This document shows positions 51,717 through 60,317 of a DNA stretch of 64,000 nucleotides, piece after piece. The DNA comes from Candidatus Limivicinus sp. (GTDB lineage Bacteria; Bacillota; Clostridia; Oscillospirales; Oscillospiraceae), in assembly GCA_045592365.1 (NCBI GenBank), contig JAZNUQ010000073.1:18912-82911 (forward strand). The letters run 5' to 3'. How positions within the stretch are numbered: the stretch's first letter is position 1; each line of letters starts with the position of its first letter. Made by a program: the position numbers and the translations under genes. The notes under the pieces were generated by a model. That model ran no database searches and was not told where the DNA came from. It saw nothing but the letters and a program-made list of their open reading frames with translations.

Positions 51717-52532
51717 TCACATTTTCTCAATGCACCTGAGTATCAGTGCCTGAAGCACATGCCCCTGACGCTGGCCTATCTCGATAACCTCTTCCTCGGT
51801 GAGCTTCTGATCAAGAACGCCTGCTGCCATATTGGTTATCAGCGAGAAGGCAAGCACCCTGATACCGGCATGGGCGGCGATGGTGACCTCAGGCACGGTG
51901 GACATGCCCACGGCGTCAGCGCCAAGGATGCGGAAGGCCCGTATCTCCGCCGGCGTCTCGTAGCTGGGGCCGGTGCAGGCAAAATATACTCCCTTGCGCA
52001 GCTTTATGCCCAGCTCCTCAGCGGCAGCGGCAGCGATTTTCCGAAGCTCCGGGGTGTAGGTATAGGTCATGTCGTTGAAGCGGGGGCCAAACTGAGAGGC
52101 ATTTTCACCGATGAGAGGATTGGTGCCCTGGAAGTTTATGTGATCTTCAATGAGCATTATATCGCCCACATTGAAGTCAAAATTAACTCCTCCGGCGGCG
52201 TTTGTTACAATAAGCGTCTCAATCCCCAAGAGCTTCATCATACGGATTGGGAAGGCAATGTCCTCCATGGGGTGACCCTCGTAGAAGTGGAGCCTGCCCT
52301 GCATGCATACCACCTTTTTGCCGCCCAGAGAGCCGCAGACGAGCTGACCCTTGTGCCCCGGTGCGGTGGAGCAGGCCATGTGGGGTATTTCCTTATAGGG
52401 TATCTCAATTTTACTCTCTATCTTCTCTGCAATGCCGCCAAGGCCGCTGCCCAGTATAATACCGATTTCCGGCTTAAAGCCTATTATGCCGCTTACATAT
52501 TCCGCGGCCTGCCTGATTTTTTCGTAGCTCAT
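51717..52532 (-). CDS. purine nucleoside phosphorylase, PNP/MTAP family (PunA-type)
   Basis: GIILGSGLGG, GRLHFYEGH and TNAAGG motifs of trimeric PNP/MTAP enzymes. Confidence 0.85.
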   Translation of the reverse strand: MSYEKIRQAAEYVSGIIGFKPEIGIILGSGLGGIAEKIESKIEIPYKEIPHMACSTAPGHKGQLVCGSLGGKKVVCMQGRLHFYEGHPMEDIAFPIRMMKLLGIETLIVTNAAGGVNFDFNVGDIMLIEDHINFQGTNPLIGENASQFGPRFNDMTYTYTPELRKIAAAAAEELGIKLRKGVYFACTGPSYETPAEIRAFRILGADAVGMSTVPEVTIAAHAGIRVLAFSLITNMAAGVLDQKLTEEEVIEIGQRQGHVLQALILRCIEKM

Positions 52533-53872
52533 TTATTTAACTCCTTCAGTATCCTGTTTACGGATATTTCCGCATTTGCAATCACCCGCTCAATGTCGAT
52601 GGTGGTGTAAACCCCGTCCCTGTACAAAACCCGTCCGTCGGCCATTGTAAGGCACACATCGCTGCCCTGAGCGGAATACACCAGATTGTGAAGCATATCG
52701 TGGCAGGGATGCATATAGGGTCTGCCCTGTACCTCAAGCACCGCAAGGTCAGCCCTGAAGCCCTCCTTTATCAGGCCGCAGTCCTGTCTTCCCTGAGACA
52801 GAGCCCCCGCTCTTGTACAGGCATAAAGCGCCTGCCTTGCGCTGATGGCGGTGGGATCCCCGGTGGAGCCCTTGAAGACAATGGCAGCCAGCTTCATCTC
52901 CTCAAACAGGTTGAGATTATTGTTGCTGGCGACGCCGTCGGTGCCCAGCGCGTAGTTAATACCCTTTTCAAGCATCTTCGGTGCCGGGCAAAAGCCGCTT
53001 GCCAGCTTAAGATTGCTGACAGGGCAGCTTGCAACGGTAACGCCCTTTTCAAGCAGTATCTCCATGTCCTCTTCCTCCACCCACACGCAGTGTGCGGCGG
53101 TGGCGGGCACATCGAAGGCACCGTTATCCAGAAAATATTTTGCCGGGCTTCTGCCGCCTCTGCGAGCCTTGCATTCTTCATGCTCAGCCCTGGTTTCCGA
53201 CAGGTGCAGGTGCATATTCAGCCCCAGCTCCTTTGCAAGCGCCGCCATCTGACCCACGGTTTTTTCCGTAGAGGTATATTCCGCGTGGATGGAAAGGTCG
53301 GTTTTAAGCCGCCCGCCGCCGGCGCCGTTATACTCCGGCACAACCTGCATTATCTGCCGGTAAATGGGAAGCTCCTTAAGCTCACTGTCATCAAAACAGG
53401 TCATGGGCAGAGCCATGTTCATTTTGATGCCGCTTTCAAGGACGGCTCTGGCGTTTGCCTGAGCGTCAAAATACATGTCGGTGCAGCCCACCACGCCAAA
53501 GCGCAGCATCTCGGCAGCGGCAAGCATGGCTCCGTTATATACCGCCTCGTTGTCCAGCCTTGCCTCAAAGGGGAAGATGTGCTTATTGAGCCACACATCC
53601 AGCACCTCGTTTTCGGCGTAGCCCCGCATAAGGGTCATGGCGTTGTGGCTGTGGGCATTGTATAAGCCGGGTATCATGAGCTTCCCCACCCCGTCGTAAC
53701 TTTCGCCGTAATCGGCATCCGGGGCACAGTCACCGATATAGGCAATGCGCTCATCCTTTACGCCCACGAAGCAGTCCGGGCGGAAGTTAAAATTCTCGTC
53801 TATGATGCCAATGTTTTTGAAAAGCACGGTATCACCCTTTCTCAAAATCCTCTGCGGCAAGGGGTCGGCCAC
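52529..53872 (-). CDS. mtaD: 5-methylthioadenosine/S-adenosylhomocysteine (5'-deoxyadenosine) deaminase-like amidohydrolase
   Basis: MtaD pattern: LFKNIGIID...GLYNAHSHNAMTLMRGY, HLSET. An alternative GTG start at 53827 would remove the 41-nt overlap with the upstream gene. Confidence 0.8.
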   Translation of the reverse strand: MADPLPQRILRKGDTVLFKNIGIIDENFNFRPDCFVGVKDERIAYIGDCAPDADYGESYDGVGKLMIPGLYNAHSHNAMTLMRGYAENEVLDVWLNKHIFPFEARLDNEAVYNGAMLAAAEMLRFGVVGCTDMYFDAQANARAVLESGIKMNMALPMTCFDDSELKELPIYRQIMQVVPEYNGAGGGRLKTDLSIHAEYTSTEKTVGQMAALAKELGLNMHLHLSETRAEHEECKARRGGRSPAKYFLDNGAFDVPATAAHCVWVEEEDMEILLEKGVTVASCPVSNLKLASGFCPAPKMLEKGINYALGTDGVASNNNLNLFEEMKLAAIVFKGSTGDPTAISARQALYACTRAGALSQGRQDCGLIKEGFRADLAVLEVQGRPYMHPCHDMLHNLVYSAQGSDVCLTMADGRVLYRDGVYTTIDIERVIANAEISVNRILKELNK

Positions 53873-54527
53873 CGGCCTTCACGCCCAGCCTTTGACGAAT
53901 GTCCACAAGCTCCTGGACCTGAGCGCGGCTGAGAATATGCGGCTTCACGTTAAGGAAGCCCAGCTTCTCCATCACCTGCGCGCAGCACTCCAGCGTCTCC
54001 ATGCGGTAGTAGGCCTCAATGCCGGTTCTGCCCCATGTAAGGGCGCCGTGGTTTGCCAGCAGCAGGGCGTTATAGTCCCGGCAGAAGGGCGCCACGCTCT
54101 CTGCAACACCGGCAGTTCCGGTGGTGGCGTAGTCCGCCACAGGCACAACGCCAAGGCCGATAACCGACTCGGTCATCAGCGCAAGCTCAAGGGGTACGCG
54201 GGCAATTGCAAAGGCGGTGGCGGTGACGGGATGGGCGTGAACCACCGCGCCCACCTCGGGGTTTTCCTTGTATACGCGAAGGTGCATGCCGGCCTCGGAG
54301 GAGGGCTTCATGCTCCCCTCAAGAACATTTCCGTCCATATCAAGGCAGATAAGCATGTCCTCGGTCATATAGCCCTTGGAAACGCCCGCCGGGGTGACCC
54401 ACACACGGTTTTCCCCAACGCGGATGCTGATGTTTCCGTCGTTTGCGGCCACATAGCGCCGTTCAAACATGCGCCTGCCTATCTCAATAATCTGTTCTCT
54501 TGCCTCTTTGTCACTGGGGTATATCAT
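53832..54527 (-). CDS. class II aldolase/adducin family protein (MtnB dehydratase or 5-(methylthio/deoxy)ribulose-1-phosphate aldolase)
   Basis: NDGNISIR, GAVVHAHP and LLANHGALTWG motifs of the class II aldolase family. Lies 2 nt downstream of mtnA. Confidence 0.8.
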   Translation of the reverse strand: MIYPSDKEAREQIIEIGRRMFERRYVAANDGNISIRVGENRVWVTPAGVSKGYMTEDMLICLDMDGNVLEGSMKPSSEAGMHLRVYKENPEVGAVVHAHPVTATAFAIARVPLELALMTESVIGLGVVPVADYATTGTAGVAESVAPFCRDYNALLLANHGALTWGRTGIEAYYRMETLECCAQVMEKLGFLNVKPHILSRAQVQELVDIRQRLGVKAGGRPLAAEDFEKG

Positions 54528-54529
54528 GC

Positions 54530-55597
54530 TCAGCCCTCCCCGAAGAGCTTTTTAAAGCCCTCGTCAAAGGGCGCTCTTACTATGCCCTTTTCGGTGACAA
54601 AGGCGGTGATAAGCTCCCTGTCGGTCACATCGAAGGCCGGATTATATACCTTGACTCCCTCGGGAGCCATGCGCTTTTCATACCACATTTCGGTGACCTC
54701 ATGGTCGGGGCGCAGCTCTATCTCAATGTCATCCCCGGTGGGACAGCTCATGTCAATGGTGGACATGGGCGCGCACACATAGAAGGGAATGCCGTAGTGC
54801 TTTGCAAGGATGGCAACGCCTGAGGTGCCTATCTTGTTCGCAGCGTCGCCGTTTGCCGCCACACGGTCGCAGCCCACGAACACAGCCTGCACCCAGCCCT
54901 TTTTCATAACGGAGGAGGCCATATTGTCGCAGATAAGGGTAGTGTCCACTCCGTCTGCAACCATCTCATAGGCGGAGAGCCTTGCCCCTTGCAGAAGGGG
55001 TCTTGTCTCGTCGGTGAAGACCCGGAAGCTCATACCCTTTTCCCGTCCCAGATGTACAGGGGCAAGGGCGGTTCCGTAGCGGGTGGTGGCAAGCTGACCT
55101 GCGTTGCAGTGGGTCAGTATACCGTCCCCGTCCTTTATGAGTGTCAAACCGTTTTCACCTATGGCGCGGCATACGGCAATATCCTCGTCCCGTATTCTGA
55201 GAGCCTCGGCGCGAAGAAGCTCCTTGAGCTCTGCACTTGAGCAGTCATTGGACCTTACCACATCGTGCATACGCTCCAGAGCCCATGAGAGGTTCACCGC
55301 CGTGGGTCTGGAGGACACCAGATAGTCCTTTATCCGCGCAAACTCCCTGTCAAAATCCTCTCTGGGCATGTCCTCAAGGCGGCACACCACACAGTATATG
55401 CCTATTGCCGCCGCAACACCGATTGCGGGAGCGCCGCGGACGCGGAGCTTATAAATGGCCTCGTAAATATCCTCAGCCCTTGAGAGACTGAGCATCACCG
55501 TCTCTGCGGGCAGCTTCGTCTGGTCGATTATCACGAGCTCCTTTGTGGCCTCATTCATGGTGACGGTATCCCGTCTCAGTATATTGTCTTTCTGCAT
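54530..55597 (-). CDS. mtnA: S-methyl-5-thioribose-1-phosphate isomerase
   Basis: [19 protein letters not shown] and [18 protein letters not shown] motifs of the MtnA/eIF-2B family. Confidence 0.9.
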   Translation of the reverse strand: MQKDNILRRDTVTMNEATKELVIIDQTKLPAETVMLSLSRAEDIYEAIYKLRVRGAPAIGVAAAIGIYCVVCRLEDMPREDFDREFARIKDYLVSSRPTAVNLSWALERMHDVVRSNDCSSAELKELLRAEALRIRDEDIAVCRAIGENGLTLIKDGDGILTHCNAGQLATTRYGTALAPVHLGREKGMSFRVFTDETRPLLQGARLSAYEMVADGVDTTLICDNMASSVMKKGWVQAVFVGCDRVAANGDAANKIGTSGVAILAKHYGIPFYVCAPMSTIDMSCPTGDDIEIELRPDHEVTEMWYEKRMAPEGVKVYNPAFDVTDRELITAFVTEKGIVRAPFDEGFKKLFGEG

Positions 55598-55626
55598 GGC
55601 TGCCTCCGTATTTGCTTATTTTTATC

Positions 55627-55656
55627 ATTTTACCCCATGGCACAAATCAGTGTCAA
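55627..55656 (-). promoter_or_regulatory. sigma-A promoter of the mtnA operon
   Basis: On the minus strand: TTGACA (55656-55651), 18 nt spacer, TAAAAT (55632-55627). The leader is only about 25 nt, which leaves no room for a riboswitch. Confidence 0.7.
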
Positions 55657-55714
55657 GGAAATGCTGGAACTTGGATGAAATATGTAGTACAATATAAAAA
55701 ACCGAAATAATAAA

Positions 55715-55850
55715 GGCTTCCCCCCTCAACAGGGGCCCCCGCAAAAGGCTTGACCTTTTGTGGGGAAAGGAAGAACAATGTCATCCGCCGACTTTCTGGC
55801 CCTGCGGGGCTGAAAGTGGCTTGATGGCGTTGTTCTGACGCGTCCCCCCC
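55715..55850. repeat. GC-rich hairpin cluster in intergenic gap
   Basis: CCCCT-caac-AGGGG and CCCCGCAAAAGG-cttga-CCTTTTGTGGGG hairpins (about 55721-55765). Also words shared with 37868-37945: GTCGG(CG)GATGA, CATTGT, GTCAGAACAA. Confidence 0.55.
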
Positions 55851-55854
55851 AAAG

Positions 55855-55893
55855 CGGCAAAAAACTGCCCCACCCACAGGGTGAGGCAGTTTA
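55855..55893 (-). terminator. intrinsic terminator after chrA
   Basis: AAACTGCCcCACC-n-GGTGAGGCAGTTT, with TTTTTT on the minus strand. Confidence 0.7.
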
Positions 55894-55905
55894 CTGCATT
55901 ACATA

Positions 55906-56481
55906 TCAAAATCCAAAGGCTATGCCGACTGCGGCAGACAGGGCGATGAACACCACCGGGTGCAGACCCTTGGTTTTCTTCACAAAGCGGGTCAGCACGA
56001 TAAGCAGCGCCGCCAGCGCCAGCGCCTTGAAATTCACAAGGTCGGCAAGCTCTCCCGTGGCGGCAAAAAGCTCCGTGTCAAGCAGCGCCACCTTCACCAC
56101 CAGCAGCCCCGCCGCGGCGATAAGCCCCACCGAGCAGGGGCGAAGCCCGTAGAAGGCAGCGTCCACATAGCGGTTTGACCTGAAGGCCGCAAGAGCCTTG
56201 GCGATAAGCAGAACAACGATGACGGAGGGGGTCACGAGCCCCAGCGTTGCAACAACGGAGCCGGCTATGCCGGCAGTTTCAAAGCCCACATAGGTGGCCA
56301 TGTTTACCCCGATGGGGCCGGGTGTGCTCTCGCTGACGGCTATCATATCCGCCAGCATTTCATGGCTGAACCAGCCGGTGCTGTCGCTCATGGCGTAGAG
56401 GAAGGGAAGCGTTGCCATGCCCCCGCCCACGGCGAAAAGCCCGGTTTTGAAAAACTCGATAAACAGTCTCAGGTATATCAT
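55906..56481 (-). CDS. chrA: chromate transporter (CHR family, short-chain half)
   Basis: FKTGLFAVGGGMATLPFL and PGPIGVNMATYVG motifs. 191 aa. Confidence 0.85.
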   Translation of the reverse strand: MIYLRLFIEFFKTGLFAVGGGMATLPFLYAMSDSTGWFSHEMLADMIAVSESTPGPIGVNMATYVGFETAGIAGSVVATLGLVTPSVIVVLLIAKALAAFRSNRYVDAAFYGLRPCSVGLIAAAGLLVVKVALLDTELFAATGELADLVNFKALALAALLIVLTRFVKKTKGLHPVVFIALSAAVGIAFGF

Positions 56482-57020
56482 TTGCCCCGCACCCCCAGCC
56501 TTGTAAAGAGGATGCCCGCCGCCGCGCAGAATACCACGAACAGCACCGGGGAAATGTCAAACACCGCCGACAGCACGAAGACCCCAAGGCAAAGCAGCAG
56601 CGCTGCCTTATCCTTGACGGCGGACTTCCACAGCTTCACCACGGCATTGAAGATAAGCACGCACACGCAGACACGAATGCCTGCAAAGGCGCTTTTCACC
56701 GCCGGGATATGGGCAAAATTCGTGAGGATGCCCGCAATGAGGCATATTATCACCAGTGAGGGAAAAACCATGCCCAGGGTTGCAAACACGCCGCCCCAGA
56801 CGCCGGCCACCTTGTGGCCTATAAAGGTCGCCGTATTCACCGCGATGATGCCGGGAGTGCACTGACCCACGGCATAATAGTCCATAAGCTCCTCGCTTGT
56901 GGCCCAGTGGCGCTTCTCCACCACCTCACGCTCAAGAATGGGTATCATGGCGTAGCCGCCGCCGAAGGTCAGCGCGCCCATTTTGGCACATACGCAGAAC
57001 AGCTCCCAGAGCTTTTTCAT
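56478..57020 (-). CDS. chrA: chromate transporter (CHR family, short-chain half)
   Basis: LTFGGGYAMIPILEREVVEKRHW..GQCTPGIIAVN. Start set at ATG 57020 (MKKLWELF), giving an ATGA overlap with the pgm-like stop. Confidence 0.85.
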   Translation of the reverse strand: MKKLWELFCVCAKMGALTFGGGYAMIPILEREVVEKRHWATSEELMDYYAVGQCTPGIIAVNTATFIGHKVAGVWGGVFATLGMVFPSLVIICLIAGILTNFAHIPAVKSAFAGIRVCVCVLIFNAVVKLWKSAVKDKAALLLCLGVFVLSAVFDISPVLFVVFCAAAGILFTRLGVRGK

Positions 57021-58744
57021 TTGCTCAGTTCCTCGGCAAAGGCGCTGTAAGCTGCCATGCGCTCGCTGCACTGCTCACGGCTTTCGCCGCGCACAAGCAG
57101 ATAGACCTTTATCTTGGGCTCGGTGCCGGAGGGACGGATAATGAAGGTGCAGCCGTCGTTAAGCTCGAAGTAGAGCACATTGGAGCCTGCAAAGGGGGTC
57201 CTGTCCACCTTGCCCAGACCTGCAACAAATATGCTGCCGTCCAGATAGTCTCTCAGGCGGATAACCTCCTGACCGGCGATCTCCCGGGGAGGATCGTTTC
57301 TCAGCTTCTTCATGAGAGCCTGCATCTTCTGCACGCCGTCAACGCCGGGCATAACCAGGTTCAGGGTCTTTTCCATGAAGTAGCCGTACTTCTCGTACAG
57401 AGCGTCGATGGCGTCAAGGAGGGTCATGCCCTGCTTCTGGTAATATGCAGCCATCTCAGCCACCAGCAGAGAGGCGGTGACGGCGTCCTTGTCGCGGACG
57501 AAGTCGCCCATCATGTAGCCGTAGCTCTCCTCAAAGGCGAAAATGTACTTGTGGCTCTTTTCCGCATCCCACTTTGCAACCAGCTCTGCCATGAACTTAA
57601 AGCCGGTGAAGGTCTCCTCAAAATGCACGCCGTTTGCCTCGGCAACGGCTCTTGCCATGCCGGTGGAAACGATGGAGCACATTGCGCCGGGATTTTCGGG
57701 CATGGCGCCGGTTCTGCGGCGGGCGTTGATAACATAGTCAAGCAGCAGCACGCCCATCTGGTTGCCGGTGATGGTAACATACTCATCGCCGCGGCGCACC
57801 ATGGTGCCGATACGGTCGGAGTCGGGGTCGGTGCCGATTATCAGGTTGCTGTCCACCTGCTTTGCCAGCTCCACCGCCAGATAGAAGCCCTCGGGATTTT
57901 CCGGGTTGGGGCTTGCCACGGTGGGGAAATTGCCGTCAATGACCATCTGCTCGGGCACGGGGAACAGGTGCTTCACACCAAGGCGGCGCAGCACCTCGGG
58001 AACCATCTTGTAGCCGCAGCCGTGGAAGGGAGTGTACACGATGCGAAGCTCGTCTGCGACCTCCTTCACAAGCTCGGTGTCAATGGCCTGCTCCATGACC
58101 TTTGCCATGAATATCTCGTCGGTCTCTTCGCCCAGCATGATAATTCTGCCGTCCTTAAGGGCCTCGTCAAAGTCGCAGGTCTTGAAGCCTGTGAAAATGT
58201 CGTTGGCCTCCATCTGGCGGGCGATGAACTCGGCCTTCTGAGGGGGAAGCTGAGCGCCGTCGGACCAGTAGACCTTGTAGCCGTTGTATTCCTTGGGGTT
58301 GTGGCTTGCGGTGATGTTAAGACCTGCGGCAGCGCCGTAGTGGATAACCGCAAAGCTCAGCTCGGGGGTGGGGCGCAGCGCGTCAAACAGGCGCACGCGG
58401 ATGCCGTTGGCAGCCATGACGCAGGCGGCCTCACGGGCAAAGTCCGCGCCGTTGAGACGGCAGTCGTAGGCAATGCAGATGCCCTTCTCCTTGGCCTGCT
58501 GACCCTCGTCGGCGATAACATCGGCGAAGGCCTGAGTTGCGTGGCGGATAATATGCACATTCATGTTGTGCAGGCCCACCTTCATGGTGCCGCGAAGACC
58601 GGCGGTGCCGAACTCCAGGGGTGCGTAGAAGCGGTTTTCGATTTCCTTTTCGTCGTCTGCGATGGCGTTGAGCTCAGCCCATTCCGCCTCGCTGAGTGCG
58701 GGGCTGTCCAGCCAGCGCTGGTATTCTGCCTTATAATTGCTCAT
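57017..58744 (-). CDS. phospho-sugar mutase (alpha-D-phosphohexomutase family; phosphoglucomutase/phosphomannomutase)
   Basis: Active-site TASHNPKEYNGYK, Mg loop GTDPDSDR, sugar loop FEESYG. Start at ATG 58744 (MSNYKAEY). Confidence 0.9.
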   Translation of the reverse strand: MSNYKAEYQRWLDSPALSEAEWAELNAIADDEKEIENRFYAPLEFGTAGLRGTMKVGLHNMNVHIIRHATQAFADVIADEGQQAKEKGICIAYDCRLNGADFAREAACVMAANGIRVRLFDALRPTPELSFAVIHYGAAAGLNITASHNPKEYNGYKVYWSDGAQLPPQKAEFIARQMEANDIFTGFKTCDFDEALKDGRIIMLGEETDEIFMAKVMEQAIDTELVKEVADELRIVYTPFHGCGYKMVPEVLRRLGVKHLFPVPEQMVIDGNFPTVASPNPENPEGFYLAVELAKQVDSNLIIGTDPDSDRIGTMVRRGDEYVTITGNQMGVLLLDYVINARRRTGAMPENPGAMCSIVSTGMARAVAEANGVHFEETFTGFKFMAELVAKWDAEKSHKYIFAFEESYGYMMGDFVRDKDAVTASLLVAEMAAYYQKQGMTLLDAIDALYEKYGYFMEKTLNLVMPGVDGVQKMQALMKKLRNDPPREIAGQEVIRLRDYLDGSIFVAGLGKVDRTPFAGSNVLYFELNDGCTFIIRPSGTEPKIKVYLLVRGESREQCSERMAAYSAFAEELSK

Positions 58745-59054
58745 TTTCCGTGCTCTCCTCTTCACATAATTTTACAGCATCTTGAAACAGGGTACAGGGT
58801 ACATATATATCTGCGCCGTTGCCGCTCATCCCCAGCACCACGCGGCCGAAGCCGCCGTCGCCGGGATAAACGCGCAGGCAGGGTATCCCATAGGCCTCCA
58901 GCATGTTGACCGTCAGCTCGTCCTCCATGTCAACACATTTTTTCCTGCAAAGGAAAAGCGGCTCGACCGGCTCTCCTCCTTCATCCTTGGGCCAGCGCTT
59001 ATAAAGCTCGCCCACAATGGCTCTGCCCCATTGGGCCTTTTCCATTTTGTTCAC
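58731..59054 (-). CDS. hypothetical protein
   Basis: 107 aa ORF packed tightly between rlmH and the mutase gene. No recognised motif. Confidence 0.5.
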   Translation of the reverse strand: MNKMEKAQWGRAIVGELYKRWPKDEGGEPVEPLFLCRKKCVDMEDELTVNMLEAYGIPCLRVYPGDGGFGRVVLGMSGNGADIYVPCTLFQDAVKLCEEESTENEQL

Positions 59055-59055
59055 C

Positions 59056-59538
59056 TCATTTATGGTATCGGGAGCCCTCGTTTATCTTGAAGCCCCGGTA
59101 TATCTGCTCTGCCAGCATGACCCTTGCAAGATGGTGGGGAAAGGTCATCCTGGACATGCTCAGGCGCATATCCGCCCGCTTTTTGACGCTTGGCGAAAGG
59201 CCGAAGCTGCCGCCGATTATAAAGCACAGCCTTGGCTTGCCGGAGTTTTCCCTCTCCCGGATCATTCTGCCCATATCCTCGCTGGGACACTGGCTGCCCT
59301 CCACGCACATGGCGCACACAAAGGCGTCCGGCGGAATGCTCCTCATTATCTCCGCCGCCTCCCTTTCAAGAGCTGCGGCGATCTCCTTTTCGCTTGGGCT
59401 GTCCCCCAGACGCTGCTCGCTGAGCTCGACGCATTCAAAGCGGCAGTAGGCCTGAAGACGCTTTGCGTATTCAGCGAAGGCGTCGATATAAAAGCGCTCG
59501 CGCATTTTGCCCACGCATACGAGCCTTACATTGAGCAC
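59056..59538 (-). CDS. rlmH: 23S rRNA (pseudouridine1915-N3)-methyltransferase RlmH
   Basis: 160 aa. VCVGKMRE...Y.KRL start and C-terminal LSMSRMTFPHHLARVMLAEQIYR, characteristic of RlmH (SPOUT). Confidence 0.9.
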   Translation of the reverse strand: MLNVRLVCVGKMRERFYIDAFAEYAKRLQAYCRFECVELSEQRLGDSPSEKEIAAALEREAAEIMRSIPPDAFVCAMCVEGSQCPSEDMGRMIRERENSGKPRLCFIIGGSFGLSPSVKKRADMRLSMSRMTFPHHLARVMLAEQIYRGFKINEGSRYHK

Positions 59539-60317
59539 GCTTCCACCTCATTATCGGAAATTTTAACACAGAGCCTGCCCAGCACCGGCGCGCAGTAAAG
59601 CTCCGCGCCGCTGCCCTCAAGACTGCGCATAGTCTCGGACATGGCTTTAGCCGGGCTGTTGTTTTCCCGGCTCAGATGGCCCAAAATCACCCGCCTTGTG
59701 CCGGACTTTACAAGTCTTGCGGCAAGGGCGGCGCAGTCGGCGTTTGAAAGATGCCCCCGGGGTGACAGGATGCGTCTTTTCAGGTACACGGGGTAGCTGC
59801 CGTAGCGGAGCATTTCCTCGTCGTGGTTTGCTTCCAGCAGCACCGTGTCCGCGCCGGAAAGCCCCTGCTCCACCTCCTCGCTCACATGACCCATGTCCGT
59901 GGCGACGGCAAATATCCCATCGGCTTCAATTCTGTATCCAACACTCTCATCGGTATCGTGGGGAGTGTGAAAGGCCAAAATATTCATGCCCGCAATCTTA
60001 AAGCTCTGCCCCACGGGTATCACCGTCATGTGCTCGCGGCTGTCCGGCAGCATGCCCTCCAGCCTGTAAGCCACGGTGCGCGGCGCGTAGAGCCTTACAG
60101 CGTGCTTTTTTATAAGGGTCTTAAGACCCATAATATGGTCGGAGTGCTCATGTGTGATGAGCACTCCGTCAATATCCTCAATACCAAGGTTCACTTCCCG
60201 CAGGCAGGCCTCGATCCGCCTTGCGGAAATGCCCGCGTCCACAAGCACATTCCCCGCCCTGCCGGAGATAAGCAGGCAGTTGCCGCTTGAGCCGCTGGCG
60301 AAAACGAAAACGCGCAT
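59526..60317 (-). CDS. MBL-fold metallo-hydrolase (YycJ/WalJ-like)
   Basis: GSSGNC, ITHEHSDH and GHLSN motifs. Confidence 0.8.
   Translation of the reverse strand: MRVFVFASGSSGNCLLISGRAGNVLVDAGISARRIEACLREVNLGIEDIDGVLITHEHSDHIMGLKTLIKKHAVRLYAPRTVAYRLEGMLPDSREHMTVIPVGQSFKIAGMNILAFHTPHDTDESVGYRIEADGIFAVATDMGHVSEEVEQGLSGADTVLLEANHDEEMLRYGSYPVYLKRRILSPRGHLSNADCAALAARLVKSGTRRVILGHLSRENNSPAKAMSETMRSLEGSGAELYCAPVLGRLCVKISDNEVEACSM

Noticed and set aside
56897-58909. 670-aa ORF antisense to the phosphohexomutase and part of chrA
   Set aside because: The opposite strand encodes proteins with exact active-site motifs (TASHNPKEYNGYK, GTDPDSDR). This frame is G/A/H/V-rich noise.
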